Translations under genes and position numbers: made by a program | NCBI GenBank assembly: GCA_016181585.1 | Contig: JACOYX010000015.1 | Location: 8,152 to 72,151 of the forward strand | Origin: Candidatus Sungiibacteriota bacterium | GTDB taxonomy: Bacteria; Patescibacteriota; Minisyncoccia; Sungbacterales; HO2-52-23 | Direction of reading: 5' to 3' | DNA length: 64,000 nt | Shown: in pieces, positions 9,308-19,402 of the stretch | How positions within the stretch are numbered: the first letter of the stretch is position 1 | Layout: each line of letters starts with the position of its first letter | Notes under the pieces: model-generated | The model's database searches: none | What the model was told of the DNA's origin: nothing | Seen by the model: only the letters and a program-made list of their open reading frames with translations

Positions 9308-10072
9308 ATGCATATTATAATAAATTTAATTAACATGTTTTTTATGGAAGAATCCAACAATGAAGGCAACGCACAGGCAGTGAATAGCAATAATACCCCA
9401 AGTCCATTCCTTATTCCCGGCGCTATTGTCGTGTCCGGCGTTTTGATAGCGGGCGCGATTATATATACCAACTCCTTCGGGGCGCCTGCGGGCGGCAACA
9501 ATCTTGCCGGAGCAGGCACGGCGCCCATTATCAAAGAAGATCTCTCCGACAATGACCCAATGCTCGGTAGTCCCGAAGCGCCGGTTACTGTTGTTGAGTT
9601 TGCCGACTTCCAATGTCCGTTTTGCGGAAAATTTTTTAAAACAGTAATGCCCCAGCTTACGGAAAAATATATAAAAACAGGAAAGGTTAAATTTGTATAC
9701 CGTGATTTCGCATTTTTGGGCGAAGAATCGGAATTTTCCGCTTCCGCCGCGGAGTGCGCCAAAGAACAGGGGAAATATTGGGAGTACCACGATTATCTGT
9801 TTGGTCATCAAAATGGAGAAAACCAAGGAGCTTTTGATAAAAAAAATCTGAAACAGTTTGCTCGCGCATTAGGTCTAAACGGAGGGCAATTTGATACATG
9901 CCTCAACAGCGATAAATATCTGGAGGAAGTGCGGAGTGATACGGAAGCGGGGCGTGCGGTTGGAGTCAGCGGAACACCCACAACGTTTGTGAATGGCAAG
10001 GCGATTGTGGGTGCGGTTCCTTTTGCCCAATTTGAGGCGGCGATTGCTGAAGCGTTAAAAAAAGCAAAATAA
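9308..10072 (+). CDS. DsbA-family thiol:disulfide oxidoreductase, membrane-anchored
   Basis: TM helix, then VVEFADFQCPFCGKF (CPFC active site). Start could be ATG 9335 or 9344. Confidence 0.85.
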   Translation: MHIIINLINMFFMEESNNEGNAQAVNSNNTPSPFLIPGAIVVSGVLIAGAIIYTNSFGAPAGGNNLAGAGTAPIIKEDLSDNDPMLGSPEAPVTVVEFADFQCPFCGKFFKTVMPQLTEKYIKTGKVKFVYRDFAFLGEESEFSASAAECAKEQGKYWEYHDYLFGHQNGENQGAFDKKNLKQFARALGLNGGQFDTCLNSDKYLEEVRSDTEAGRAVGVSGTPTTFVNGKAIVGAVPFAQFEAAIAEALKKAK

Positions 10073-10073
10073 T

Positions 10074-10310
10074 ATGACAAGCGTAACAATGTTTACAACT
10101 CCCTATTGCGCATACTGCAAAATGGCAAAGATTTTTTTTGAAAAGCATAATATTGAGTATTCGGAAAAAGATGTTGCGGCAGATACTGTGGCGCGCGATG
10201 ATATGATTAAAAAATCGGGGCAATTTGGGGTGCCGGTTTTTGAAATAAATGGGAAAATTATTATCGGGTTTGACCAGTCCCGATTGAAAGAATCGCTGGG
10301 AATTTCATGA
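10074..10310 (+). CDS. glutaredoxin-like protein (NrdH/YruB type)
   Basis: 78 aa; TTPYCAYCKMAK CxxC; GVPVFEING. Confidence 0.85.
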   Translation: MTSVTMFTTPYCAYCKMAKIFFEKHNIEYSEKDVAADTVARDDMIKKSGQFGVPVFEINGKIIIGFDQSRLKESLGIS

Positions 10311-10819
10311 GTTTTAAAAAATTTTTTCTACCGGTTATTTTTGCGGTTTTAATGGCAAGTTCGCTCTTTTTTTGGTTTCGGCGAGACAATACTACGGAAG
10401 AAATTCGCGAACGGAAAATTCCGCAAACGGAATTTCGTACGCTTGAAGGGAAAACTATCAATCTTGGCGGCGAAGATGTTCCGCTGATTGTGAATGTATG
10501 GGCGACGTGGTGCCCTTTTTGCCTGAAGGAAATGGAAAGCTTTGCGGAGCTTGAAAAAAAATTTGCAGGGAAAATTAAGGTTGTACTGGTGAATCGCGGG
10601 GAAGATGCGAGTGCAGTAATGGATTATATACATCGTATACCGCAATTGGCGAGTACAACCACGGTGGCGCTTGATGAAAAAGATGCCTTTTATTCCGCAA
10701 TCGGCGGATTTTCGATGCCGGAGACACTTTTTGTGGATGCGAAGGGGATCATTCGCTATCACAAGCGCGGACCGATGGAGTGGGAAGAAATAAAAAGGAG
10801 AGCGGAAGAGCTCCTATAA
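10307..10819 (+). CDS. TlpA/ResA-like thioredoxin-fold thiol-disulfide oxidoreductase, membrane-anchored
   Basis: TM helix; VNVWATWCPFCLKEM; 4-nt overlap with the upstream gene. Confidence 0.85.
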   Translation: MSFKKFFLPVIFAVLMASSLFFWFRRDNTTEEIRERKIPQTEFRTLEGKTINLGGEDVPLIVNVWATWCPFCLKEMESFAELEKKFAGKIKVVLVNRGEDASAVMDYIHRIPQLASTTTVALDEKDAFYSAIGGFSMPETLFVDAKGIIRYHKRGPMEWEEIKRRAEELL

Positions 10820-10824
10820 TTTTT

Positions 10825-11475
10825 ATGGATCAACAAAACGCAGCAACAGAAAATACTCCAAAACCCCAAGACAAAAAACTCCGCATGGAGCAGGCGATAA
10901 AGCGGAAGAAACGGAATCAGATTATGTGGGGCGTTGGTATCTTCGTACTTGGCGCCGCTCTTATCGGGAGCAGTTTTTGGTACGCGCGATGGAGCGAGAA
11001 AAATCTTCCCGGAGAATACTATCCTTCCGTAGGACAAGAGCATATCCCTTTGGGGCAGGAACCGCCAAAACCATATAATTCAAACCCACCTTCTTCGGGG
11101 GCGCATTTTGCGTCTCCCGCATTATGGAAAACATATGACTACGAAGTGCCCGATCAGCTTTTTATACATAATATGGAGCACGGCGGCGTTTGGATAAGCT
11201 ATCGTCCTGATGTTCCGAAAGAGACAATAGATCAGCTGACGCAAATTGCCGATGCGTTTGGCGGATCTAAAATAGTGATGGCGCCGCGTTCAGCAAATGA
11301 TGCGGATGTGGTGATTGCCGCATGGGAGCGGCTTTTGAAAATAGATGTAGAGGTGAAATTGAGCGATGCACAGATAAAAGAAATCGAGCGTTTTTATCGC
11401 GCGTTTAAAAATAAAGGTCCGGAATTTGTTCCGGACGGCATGGGAGGAGTGGATCCCAAGGAATTGATAAAATAA
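10825..11475 (+). CDS. DUF3105-domain membrane-anchored protein
   Basis: ORF track starts at 10780; ATG 10825 avoids overlap. TM helix; HNMEHGGVWISYRPD motif. Confidence 0.7.
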   Translation: MDQQNAATENTPKPQDKKLRMEQAIKRKKRNQIMWGVGIFVLGAALIGSSFWYARWSEKNLPGEYYPSVGQEHIPLGQEPPKPYNSNPPSSGAHFASPALWKTYDYEVPDQLFIHNMEHGGVWISYRPDVPKETIDQLTQIADAFGGSKIVMAPRSANDADVVIAAWERLLKIDVEVKLSDAQIKEIERFYRAFKNKGPEFVPDGMGGVDPKELIK

Positions 11476-11476
11476 T

Positions 11477-12463
11477 ATGCTTTACGACATCATTATCATC
11501 GGAGGCGGTCCCGCAGGGGCCGCGGCTGCGGTCTATGCCGCACGGAAAAAATTGAAAACACTTTTGCTCACGGAATCTTTCGGGGGGCAGTCTGTTGTTT
11601 CGGACGATATACAAAATTGGATTGGCGAACAGCATATATCCGGTTTTGATTTGGCGAAAAAAATGGAAGAGCATGTCCGCGCCTTTCCCGATTCGGTGGA
11701 GATAAAAATGCCGGAGCTTGCAAAAGGTGTGCGTGTTATTCCGTCCGAATCAAGCGGGCGTGCGAATGATTTTGAAGTTACTACCGGGCAAGGAAATATC
11801 TATACTGGGAAAGCGATCATTCTCGCTTCTGGCGCTCGCCGAAGGAAATTAAATATTCCCGGGGAAGATAAGTTTAATGGAAAGGGGGTGGCTTATTGCT
11901 CCACCTGCGACGCTCCGCTTTTTTCAGGCAAAAAAGTGGTAGTGGTGGGCGGCGGCAATGCGGGGCTTGAAGCGGTGCAGGATCTTTTCCCATATGCCGA
12001 GGAAGTCGTTTTGATGATACGAGGCGACTCGCTCAAGGGCGATCAGGTGGTGCAAGAGGAGATCAAAAAAAATCCGAAGTTGGCAGTTATTTTTAATGCA
12101 GAAATGCAGGAAGTTTTGGGCGACCGATTTGTGTCAGGCGTGCGGTATAAAGATAATAAAACGAATGAAGAGAAAACAATTGAAGCGGAAGGGGTGTTTG
12201 TAGAAATCGGTTCTGTGCCGAATTCCGAAGTGGTGAAAGATTTGGTGAAAATAGACCGATGGGGTCAGGTGGAGGTAAATACGAAACACTCGGCCACTTC
12301 GGCGCCCGGAATTTTTGCGGCTGGTGATGTGACCGACGATCCGTATAAGCAAAATAATATTTCCGTGGGAGACGGTGTGCGTGCCGCACTCGCGGCGTAT
12401 AACTATTTGCTTCAGCGCAAAAAAGAAAGCCCTGCGATGGCGAAAGAAAACGGCGGAAAATAA
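11477..12463 (+). CDS. trxB: thioredoxin-disulfide reductase
   Basis: [13 protein letters not shown], redox [23 protein letters not shown]. Confidence 0.88.
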   Translation: MLYDIIIIGGGPAGAAAAVYAARKKLKTLLLTESFGGQSVVSDDIQNWIGEQHISGFDLAKKMEEHVRAFPDSVEIKMPELAKGVRVIPSESSGRANDFEVTTGQGNIYTGKAIILASGARRRKLNIPGEDKFNGKGVAYCSTCDAPLFSGKKVVVVGGGNAGLEAVQDLFPYAEEVVLMIRGDSLKGDQVVQEEIKKNPKLAVIFNAEMQEVLGDRFVSGVRYKDNKTNEEKTIEAEGVFVEIGSVPNSEVVKDLVKIDRWGQVEVNTKHSATSAPGIFAAGDVTDDPYKQNNISVGDGVRAALAAYNYLLQRKKESPAMAKENGGK

Positions 12464-12484
12464 AAATCCCCGAGAGGATCGCTC

Positions 12485-12724
12485 TTAGGGATTGTCGGAT
12501 GTTTTATACTTTTTTATGTTTTTCAAAATTTTCCAGTCAACCAAAAATATCCAGATAACCATGCTACCGATAATAAAAATAAACGAGCATACGATAATAG
12601 TCCACACCGAATACTTTTTGACGTTAAAAGCTTCATGGCGCCCGCCCCAGAGAATCCACATGCCTATTAAGACTCCGATAGAAAGATACAAATAAAGAAT
12701 GATTAGCAATATCGAAACAATCAT
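12485..12724 (-). CDS. hypothetical small membrane protein
   Basis: 79 aa, three hydrophobic segments, GAGG 5 nt upstream of the ATG. Confidence 0.55.
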   Translation of the reverse strand: MIVSILLIILYLYLSIGVLIGMWILWGGRHEAFNVKKYSVWTIIVCSFIFIIGSMVIWIFLVDWKILKNIKKYKTSDNP

Positions 12725-12778
12725 GGCCGCCTCAGTGTAAATAAAGTGCTTCTTCTAATTAAACAAAACTTAACCATT

Positions 12779-14011
12779 ATGTCAACTTTTCTCGAAAACA
12801 CCAAACAATTTATAAACCATGCCGCGGAAATGGCGCATATCGAGAGCGGAATGCTCGCGCGTCTTGAAAAGTCGGATCGGGTATTGGAGTTTGAAATTAC
12901 GGTAAAAAAAGGCGATGGCGCGGAGGAAAAATTTCAAGGGTGGCGAGTACAGCACAACAATGCGCTCGGGCCGTACAAAGGAGGCATCCGGTTTCATCAG
13001 GATTCCAGTCTTGATGAAGTGGAGGCGCTGGCTTCCATTATGACTTGGAAAACAGCGCTTATGGATTTGCCGTTTGGCGGCGCAAAAGGCGCGGTAAAAG
13101 TTGATCCCAAAAAGCTGACGCGCGAGGAACTTGAGGCGCTGTCGCGCGGGTATGTTCAGGCAATTTGGGAGAATCTTGGATCCTATAAAGACATTCCCGC
13201 TCCCGATGTGGGAACTACGCCCGAAATTCTCGATTGGATGACGGATGAATATTCAAAATTAACCGGCAAGTGGAGTCCGGCCGCATTTACGGGAAAATCG
13301 GTGGATAAGGGTGGCTCAAAAGGCCGCGAGATCGCAACGGGTTTCGGCGGATTTGTGGTTATCCGCGAATATCTTTTGCAAAGAAACATGGAACGCCCGA
13401 AAATTGCTATTCAGGGATTTGGGAATGTTGGGCTTCATATTGCGGAAATCCTTTATGAGCACGGGTATATGGTGACGGCACTTTCCGACTCAAAAGGTGG
13501 AATATACGGCGTGGGTGGCATTGATATTCCTGAGGCTGTGAGGGTTAAAAAAGAGCATGGGACAGTATCGCCGGCATTTTTCCCCGGGAAAAATTTTCAA
13601 TCGATATCCAATGAAGAATTACTTGAGCTTCCGGTGGATATTTTAATTCCCGCGGCGCTTGAAAATCAAATTACGGAGACAAATGCGGATAAAATAAATG
13701 CAAGAGTTATTTTGGAGCTTGCCAATGGTCCCGTAACGCCGGTGGCGGAAGCAAGGCTGGAAGCGCGCGGTATCGATATAGTGCCGGATATTTTGGCAAA
13801 TGGCGGCGGGGTAGTGGGTTCGTATTTCGAATGGATTCAGTCGCTTGAAGAAAATTATTGGGAAGCGAAACAAGTGCTTGAAAAAATAGATGCAAAAATG
13901 GTGGCGGCGTTTCGCGGCGTTTGCGAAACAAAAAAACAGCACGGCGCCAACTGGCGCATGGCGTCATATATTCGAGCGCTTTTGCGGGTGGCGGAGGCGA
14001 TGAAAAAGTAA
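12779..14011 (+). CDS. gdhA: glutamate dehydrogenase
   Basis: ORF from 12746; ATG 12779 gives MSTFLEN. KGGIRFH, GGAKGAV, IQGFGNVG. Confidence 0.92.
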   Translation: MSTFLENTKQFINHAAEMAHIESGMLARLEKSDRVLEFEITVKKGDGAEEKFQGWRVQHNNALGPYKGGIRFHQDSSLDEVEALASIMTWKTALMDLPFGGAKGAVKVDPKKLTREELEALSRGYVQAIWENLGSYKDIPAPDVGTTPEILDWMTDEYSKLTGKWSPAAFTGKSVDKGGSKGREIATGFGGFVVIREYLLQRNMERPKIAIQGFGNVGLHIAEILYEHGYMVTALSDSKGGIYGVGGIDIPEAVRVKKEHGTVSPAFFPGKNFQSISNEELLELPVDILIPAALENQITETNADKINARVILELANGPVTPVAEARLEARGIDIVPDILANGGGVVGSYFEWIQSLEENYWEAKQVLEKIDAKMVAAFRGVCETKKQHGANWRMASYIRALLRVAEAMKK

Positions 14012-14080
14012 AAACCGCATTAATGCGGTCGCGTTTCGTGATTTGCCCGTCTTTCGTGATAAGTGCTACAGTAAACGTAT

Positions 14081-15082
14081 ATGAAATCTATGAAAATCGC
14101 AATCAACGGATTTGGAAGAATTGGCCGGTCATTTTTTAGGGCGGCATACGAGGTGCAGGGTTTTGATATCGTAGCGATTAATGATCTGGCCGATACCAAA
14201 ACACTTGCTTATCTCTTAAAATACGATAGTGTTTACGGCCGTTTTCAAAAGGAATTAAAAGCTGGCGTCGGGAATATTGAAGTGGACGGAAAAAGCATAA
14301 AAGTTTTAGCAGAAAAAGATCCTGCCAGACTGCCGTGGAAAGAGATGGGTGTGGATATTGTGGTTGAATCTACTGGTTTTTTTACGTCGTCTGAAAAAGC
14401 GCGAGCGCATTTGGATGCAGGGGCAAAACGCGTGGTGATCACCGCGCCCGCTACGGGCGATGTGCAAATTCTGCTTGTCGGTGTCAATGATGATGGATTT
14501 AAAAACGCCAAGCCACTCACCTGCAATGCTTCCTGCACCACCAATTCCGCGGCACCGGTGATGGCGATAATGCTCGAAGCATTTGGCGTAAGAAAGGCCG
14601 CTATGACGACCGTGCACGGTTATACCGCGACACAAAAACTGGTAGATGGCGCGGACGGTAAAGATGTGCGTCGCGGGAGAGCGGCGGCGGTAAATATTGT
14701 GCCTTCCACTACCGGAGCGGCAGAAGCGGTTATTCAGGCAATTCCCGCGCTTAAGGGAAAATTTGACGCAATGTCGGTGCGGGTTCCCACGATTACGGGA
14801 TCTTTAAGCGTGATGAGTATTTTGTGCGATAGAAAGGTCTCTGCGGAAGAAATAAATGATGTGTTTCGAAGCGCCGCGAAGGAAACAAGATGGCGGAGTG
14901 TTTTAAAAGTTACCCAAGACCCGCTTGTATCCACTGATGTTATTGGCGAGCCATATGGCGCAATTTTTGACACCACACTCACTAAAGTTATTAATGATGA
15001 CTTTGCGCAAATTTTTTCATGGTATGATAATGAAGCTGGGTATACGGCGACCCTTATGGAGCATGTGCGTAGATTGGGGTAA
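14081..15082 (+). CDS. gap: glyceraldehyde-3-phosphate dehydrogenase
   Basis: INGFGRIGR, active-site ASCTTN. ATG 14090 (MKIAING) is an equally plausible start. Confidence 0.95.
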   Translation: MKSMKIAINGFGRIGRSFFRAAYEVQGFDIVAINDLADTKTLAYLLKYDSVYGRFQKELKAGVGNIEVDGKSIKVLAEKDPARLPWKEMGVDIVVESTGFFTSSEKARAHLDAGAKRVVITAPATGDVQILLVGVNDDGFKNAKPLTCNASCTTNSAAPVMAIMLEAFGVRKAAMTTVHGYTATQKLVDGADGKDVRRGRAAAVNIVPSTTGAAEAVIQAIPALKGKFDAMSVRVPTITGSLSVMSILCDRKVSAEEINDVFRSAAKETRWRSVLKVTQDPLVSTDVIGEPYGAIFDTTLTKVINDDFAQIFSWYDNEAGYTATLMEHVRRLG

Positions 15083-15095
15083 GGGTTGTAAAGCG

Positions 15096-15121
15096 AAAAA
15101 ACGGCGGAAGGCCGTTTTTTA
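15096..15121. terminator. bidirectional intrinsic terminator
   Basis: AAAAAACGGC-GGAA-GCCGTTTTTT between gap (+) and 15119..15454 (-). Confidence 0.75.
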
Positions 15122-15454
15122 GTTTTTGAAGAAGAAATAATGCGCGTAGCTTGTGGCAACTACCGCACTATAAATAATAATGAGTATATACAGCACATTG
15201 ATAACCAGACCCGCGAATACATATTTTCCGGATCGGTGTATCATGATGAGCATAATCGAAAGTGCGAATATAAAAAATATTGCAATAAGCTTGACTGTTA
15301 CGATAGTTGTTGTAAAAGAATATCCCGACAGAGACTGAATACAATTTATCAGAGGATTTGCTTCAAGGCCTATTAAACAGGTAGCATGAGCGTCGAGAAT
15401 GCTCAGTGCTATGAGAATTGCTGCAATGACTACAATCTTTTTTTCTTGAGGCAT
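15119..15454 (-). CDS. hypothetical membrane protein
   Basis: 111 aa, 3-4 TM helices, AAAGGAG 6 nt before the ATG. Confidence 0.6.
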   Translation of the reverse strand: MPQEKKIVVIAAILIALSILDAHATCLIGLEANPLINCIQSLSGYSFTTTIVTVKLIAIFFIFALSIMLIMIHRSGKYVFAGLVINVLYILIIIYSAVVATSYAHYFFFKN

Positions 15455-15513
15455 TTCAGGCTCCTTTCTCGGCTTAATTGTATTATATTTTAATCATTTT
15501 GTCAAACAAGCGC

Positions 15514-15542
15514 TTGCATTTTTTATTATGAATTGATAGAAT
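15514..15542 (+). promoter_or_regulatory. putative promoter TTGCAT-N17-TAGAAT
   Basis: Hexamers read directly, upstream of 15567. Confidence 0.4.
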
Positions 15543-15566
15543 AAAAAGGCAGGAAAGGGGGAAGGA

Positions 15567-15791
15567 ATGAAATTGATTTCCGAGCTTGTTTTTGCTGGAG
15601 GGAAAACGCAAAAAGAAATTGAGCGCATGCCGGTAAATAGTGAATGGCGGAAGTCTCGCGAGTTTATTTGCAAGCGATGCGAGGGACCGGCATATTTCCA
15701 CCCCATGACAGATTGGATTTGGGGGTGTGTCACATGCGGCACTACAACGCGCTCGATTATGACGTATTTTCATCTTGAAATTTCGCGGTAG
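15567..15791 (+). CDS. small zinc-ribbon protein
   Basis: 74 aa, CKRC...CVTC pairs, purine-rich SD (GGGGGAAGG), TTGCAT-N17-TAGAAT promoter upstream. Confidence 0.55.
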   Translation: MKLISELVFAGGKTQKEIERMPVNSEWRKSREFICKRCEGPAYFHPMTDWIWGCVTCGTTTRSIMTYFHLEISR

Positions 15792-15864
15792 CAAATTTGC
15801 TGCCGCTTTATTATTCCTTTTTGTCAATCTTTGCTTTTTACCGATTTTCGTTTAAAATAACTTT

Positions 15865-17127
15865 ATGCGCCAATCTCAGCTTTTCACTAAAACAAGAAAA
15901 GACGCCCCGAAAGGCGAGGTTTCAAAGAACGCAGATCTTTTGATTCGCGGCGGTTTTATTCACAAAGAAATGGCAGGGGTGTATGCGTATTTGCCGTTGG
16001 GGCTTCGGGTTGTAGAAAAGATTAAGCAAATTATTCGTGAAGAGATGAATAATATTGGCGGGCAAGAGATAATAATGACCGCGCTTCAACGTAAGGAATT
16101 GTGGGAGATGACCGATCGCTGGGATGATGCCAATGTTGACGTCTGGTTCAAAGCAATGCTTAAAAGCGGTACTGAAGTTGGTTTTGGGTGGTCGCACGAG
16201 GAACCTATTACCGACATGATGAAACATTATCTCAATAGTTACCGAGACTTGCCCATATATGTCTACCAATTTCAGACAAAGCTCCGCAATGAATTGCGTG
16301 CGAAGAGTGGTATTATGCGTGGCCGAGAATTTGTAATGAAGGATATGTATTCATATACGGCAAATACGGAAATGCACGAAAAATTTTATGCAGGTGTTAT
16401 TGATGCGTATCACCGAGTGTTTGAGCGCATTGGGTTGGGTGACCGAACGTTTCTCACGTTTGCTTCGGGTGGCTCGTTTACGCAATTTAGTCATGAATTT
16501 CAAACGCTGACTGATGTTGGTGAAGATACGATATATTTGCATCGAACAAAAAAACTTGCAATAAACCAAGAAGTACTTACGCCCGAAGTTATGTCACAGC
16601 TCGGAGTTTCGCGCGAAGATCTTGAAGAGGTGCGGGCAGTAGAAGTTGGAAACATTTTTAACTTTGGCGAGGTGAAATCAAAACAGCTCGGGTTATTTTA
16701 TCGAGACGAACAAGGCAATGAAAAGCCAGTAATATTGGGTTCATACGGTATTGGCATCACACGCCTTATGGGAACGATTGTTGAAATTCTTGCTGACGAA
16801 AAAGGTCTCGTGTGGCCGGAGAGCATAGCCCCCCATAAAGTGCATTTAATTGAGCTTTCTGCAAAAGACGATGCGGCGCGGCAAACCGTGAAAAAAGCGG
16901 CCGAAGAGTATTACGCAAAATTGCTTGCGCGAGGAATCGAGGTGTTATACGATGACCGTGCGGACCGTTCCGCCGGAGAAAAATTTGCCGATTCTGATTT
17001 GATCGGCATACCATGGCGCGTAGTGGTAAGCGAGAAAACATTGGCGCAGAAGATCATAGAAGTGAAAAAACGCGCGGAGAAAGAAGCAAGATTGTCGACA
17101 TTTGAACATTTCATCGAAGAGTTATAA
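15865..17127 (+). CDS. proS: prolyl-tRNA synthetase, short form without INS editing domain
   Basis: MRQSQLF.KT.K, class II motifs, anticodon-binding C-terminus. 420 aa. Confidence 0.93.
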   Translation: MRQSQLFTKTRKDAPKGEVSKNADLLIRGGFIHKEMAGVYAYLPLGLRVVEKIKQIIREEMNNIGGQEIIMTALQRKELWEMTDRWDDANVDVWFKAMLKSGTEVGFGWSHEEPITDMMKHYLNSYRDLPIYVYQFQTKLRNELRAKSGIMRGREFVMKDMYSYTANTEMHEKFYAGVIDAYHRVFERIGLGDRTFLTFASGGSFTQFSHEFQTLTDVGEDTIYLHRTKKLAINQEVLTPEVMSQLGVSREDLEEVRAVEVGNIFNFGEVKSKQLGLFYRDEQGNEKPVILGSYGIGITRLMGTIVEILADEKGLVWPESIAPHKVHLIELSAKDDAARQTVKKAAEEYYAKLLARGIEVLYDDRADRSAGEKFADSDLIGIPWRVVVSEKTLAQKIIEVKKRAEKEARLSTFEHFIEEL

Positions 17128-17160
17128 AAGCCACCAGATTCGTTCTGGTGGCATGTATTT
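17127..17160. terminator. hairpin terminator between proS and a convergent sORF
   Basis: GCCACCAGA-TTCGT-TCTGGTGGC. Confidence 0.6.
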
Positions 17161-17374
17161 AGTCGTCTAAATCATCAATGCCCGATGTATAGAGCAATCG
17201 AAACCCTTGGGCGAGTCTCTTTTGAAAATTGGAATATGTCGGCAGGGACGGCGGATCTTCATCATCTTGCAATGCTGGTCCTCTGCACGATGAACAAATT
17301 CTACCCTTTATTTTCGGATCCACCGGTTCTCCGCATATCTTACACTCAAGTTTACGCAACCATTTTCTTGCCAT
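17159..17374 (-). CDS. small zinc-ribbon protein
   Basis: ORF track 17159..17428; internal ATG 17374 (MARKWLRKLECKICG...CSSC) avoids overlap with the mreB start. Confidence 0.5.
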   Translation of the reverse strand: MARKWLRKLECKICGEPVDPKIKGRICSSCRGPALQDDEDPPSLPTYSNFQKRLAQGFRLLYTSGIDDLDD

Positions 17375-17421
17375 AATCTCCCACTCTGGTGCTAACTGTA
17401 TAGTTATATAAAACAAAAAAA

Positions 17422-18480
17422 ATGTCAATGTTTGAAAAATTATTCGGAAAATTTGCGCACGATATCGGCATAGACCTGGGTACGGCCAATACTCTGGTGT
17501 ATGTTCGCGGAAAAGGGATTGTGATCAACGAACCTTCGGTAGTGGCGATCAACCAGAAAACCGGACAGATTGTTGCGATTGGCGAAGAGGCAAAACGCAT
17601 GGTAGGGCGCACTCCTGCCTATATTACCGCGATCCGTCCTTTGGTGGCGGGGGTGGTTTCGGATTTTGAGGTGACGGAAGAAATGCTCAAATATTTTATC
17701 CGCAAAGTGCATGAAAAAACCTTTAGCATGCTGGCGCGTCCCATGGTGGTGATCGGTATTCCTTCGGGAATTACTGAAGTGGAAAAACGTGCGGTTGAGG
17801 ATGCCGCAAAAAACGCCGGTGCGCGGGAAGTTTTTTTAGTGGAGGAGCCGATGGCGGCCGCTATAGGTGTGCGTCTTCCGGTGCAGGAGGCGGTGGGTTC
17901 GATGATTGTGGATATTGGCGGCGGCACGACCGATATCGCAGTCATTTCTCTTGGCGGGATTGTGGTCTCAAAAGATTTGAAGATAGCGGGAGACAAACTG
18001 AACGACGATATTATCCGCTTTGCCCGCGAGGAATTTAAACTGCTTTTGGGAGAGCGGACGGCAGAAGACATTAAAATCGCAATCGGTTCGGCATATGAAC
18101 TTCCCGAAGGGTATGAAGCCACCATGCGGGGAAGGGATTTGGTAACGGGGCTTCCGCGGGAAATTTTAGTAGATGATGCCGATATCCGCCGTGCCATACG
18201 GCATTCTATTCATATTTTGGTAAATGCCATTAAAGGCGCTATCGAAGAGACACCGCCGGAGCTGGTGGCGGATATTATGCATCGCGGCATTACCCTCGTG
18301 GGCGGCGGGTCTCTTTTGCGGGGACTTGACCGATTGATACACGAAGAGACCAAAATTCCGGTGAGGGTTGCGGAAGATCCGTTGTCGTCCGTAGTGCGGG
18401 GAACGGGGATTATTCTTGAGGATATCGAATCGGTGAAAAATGTGCTGGCAAAAATTGAAAACGAAACGGCAATTTTGTGA
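17422..18480 (+). CDS. mreB: rod-shape protein MreB
   Basis: IGIDLGTANTLVY, DIGGGTTDIAV, actin fold throughout. Confidence 0.95.
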   Translation: MSMFEKLFGKFAHDIGIDLGTANTLVYVRGKGIVINEPSVVAINQKTGQIVAIGEEAKRMVGRTPAYITAIRPLVAGVVSDFEVTEEMLKYFIRKVHEKTFSMLARPMVVIGIPSGITEVEKRAVEDAAKNAGAREVFLVEEPMAAAIGVRLPVQEAVGSMIVDIGGGTTDIAVISLGGIVVSKDLKIAGDKLNDDIIRFAREEFKLLLGERTAEDIKIAIGSAYELPEGYEATMRGRDLVTGLPREILVDDADIRRAIRHSIHILVNAIKGAIEETPPELVADIMHRGITLVGGGSLLRGLDRLIHEETKIPVRVAEDPLSSVVRGTGIILEDIESVKNVLAKIENETAIL

Positions 18481-18609
18481 TTTTAAGTGTTGTCTCCGCT
18501 TGGCATTGCGCTTTCTCGATACGCTCGGCCGCTTCTCAAAATTGTCTCGGAAGCGTAACGCCTAGCTTAGACATGCCAACTAGATGTATTGATCGACTTT
18601 TTAAAATCA
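18478..18609. repeat. F5 palindromic element between mreB and mreC
   Basis: Outer TGATTTTAA / TTAAAATCA. Core ACGCTCGGCCGCTTCTCAAAATTGTCTCGGAAGCG. Confidence 0.6.
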
Positions 18610-18634
18610 CAAAATTACTGTTTGTGGGGGTGGT

Positions 18635-19402
18635 ATGGTGAAGAGGAATATGAATATGAACCGAAAAAAGAGTTGGGGAAAATATATTTTGTTTCTGCTC
18701 TTTCTGCTGGCGGCAGGAGGAATTTTTATTTTTTGGGGTTTTTCAATACGGGGAATATTGATGAAAGGAATATCGCCGCTATTTCGCTTATCTGTCTATC
18801 TCGGTGGATATGATGCGGGAAGTGAAGAAAAAGAGAGGATACGGCGAGTGTACGAAGTAAGAGCAGAAGAGTATGAAAAAGAAATCGAGTCGTTGCATCG
18901 CTTGCTCGATATGAAAGCGCGGATCAAAACAAAATCACAGGTCGCTGGTATACTGTGGTACGGCAAAGAATTTGGTCGGGAGTTTTTGGTTGCAGACAAA
19001 GGAAAAGATGCAGGCATCGAAATCGGGGATATTGCGGCGGATGCAGAAGGATTTATCATAGGAACCATTCGTGAGGCGGGAGAGAATTTCTCCAAAATTT
19101 CTGTGGCGTCCAATGCCGGTGAAGTATATGAAATAAATTTCTTACCGGCGGAAGGCAAGGCGCTGGCCAGAGGGTTTGGCGCGCGCACATTTGGAATAGA
19201 ACTTATTCCTTCCGATTTTACCGTGAGAAGGGGGGATTTTATCTTGTTGAGAGAAACCGGCGGGCATTTGTTTTTTCTTGGAGAAGTTGTGCGTGAGGAA
19301 CCTAGCGGAGGCGCGGCGCTTAAACAGGCGCGTGCAGTGCTTCTTGCTGATCCTTCAAGCGTATCGCATGTTTTAATTGTAAAAGTAAAGCCTCCTCTAT
19401 GA
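18635..19402 (+). CDS. mreC: rod-shape protein MreC
   Basis: TM helix, coiled coil, beta-barrel domain; position after mreB. Confidence 0.75.
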   Translation: MVKRNMNMNRKKSWGKYILFLLFLLAAGGIFIFWGFSIRGILMKGISPLFRLSVYLGGYDAGSEEKERIRRVYEVRAEEYEKEIESLHRLLDMKARIKTKSQVAGILWYGKEFGREFLVADKGKDAGIEIGDIAADAEGFIIGTIREAGENFSKISVASNAGEVYEINFLPAEGKALARGFGARTFGIELIPSDFTVRRGDFILLRETGGHLFFLGEVVREEPSGGAALKQARAVLLADPSSVSHVLIVKVKPPL

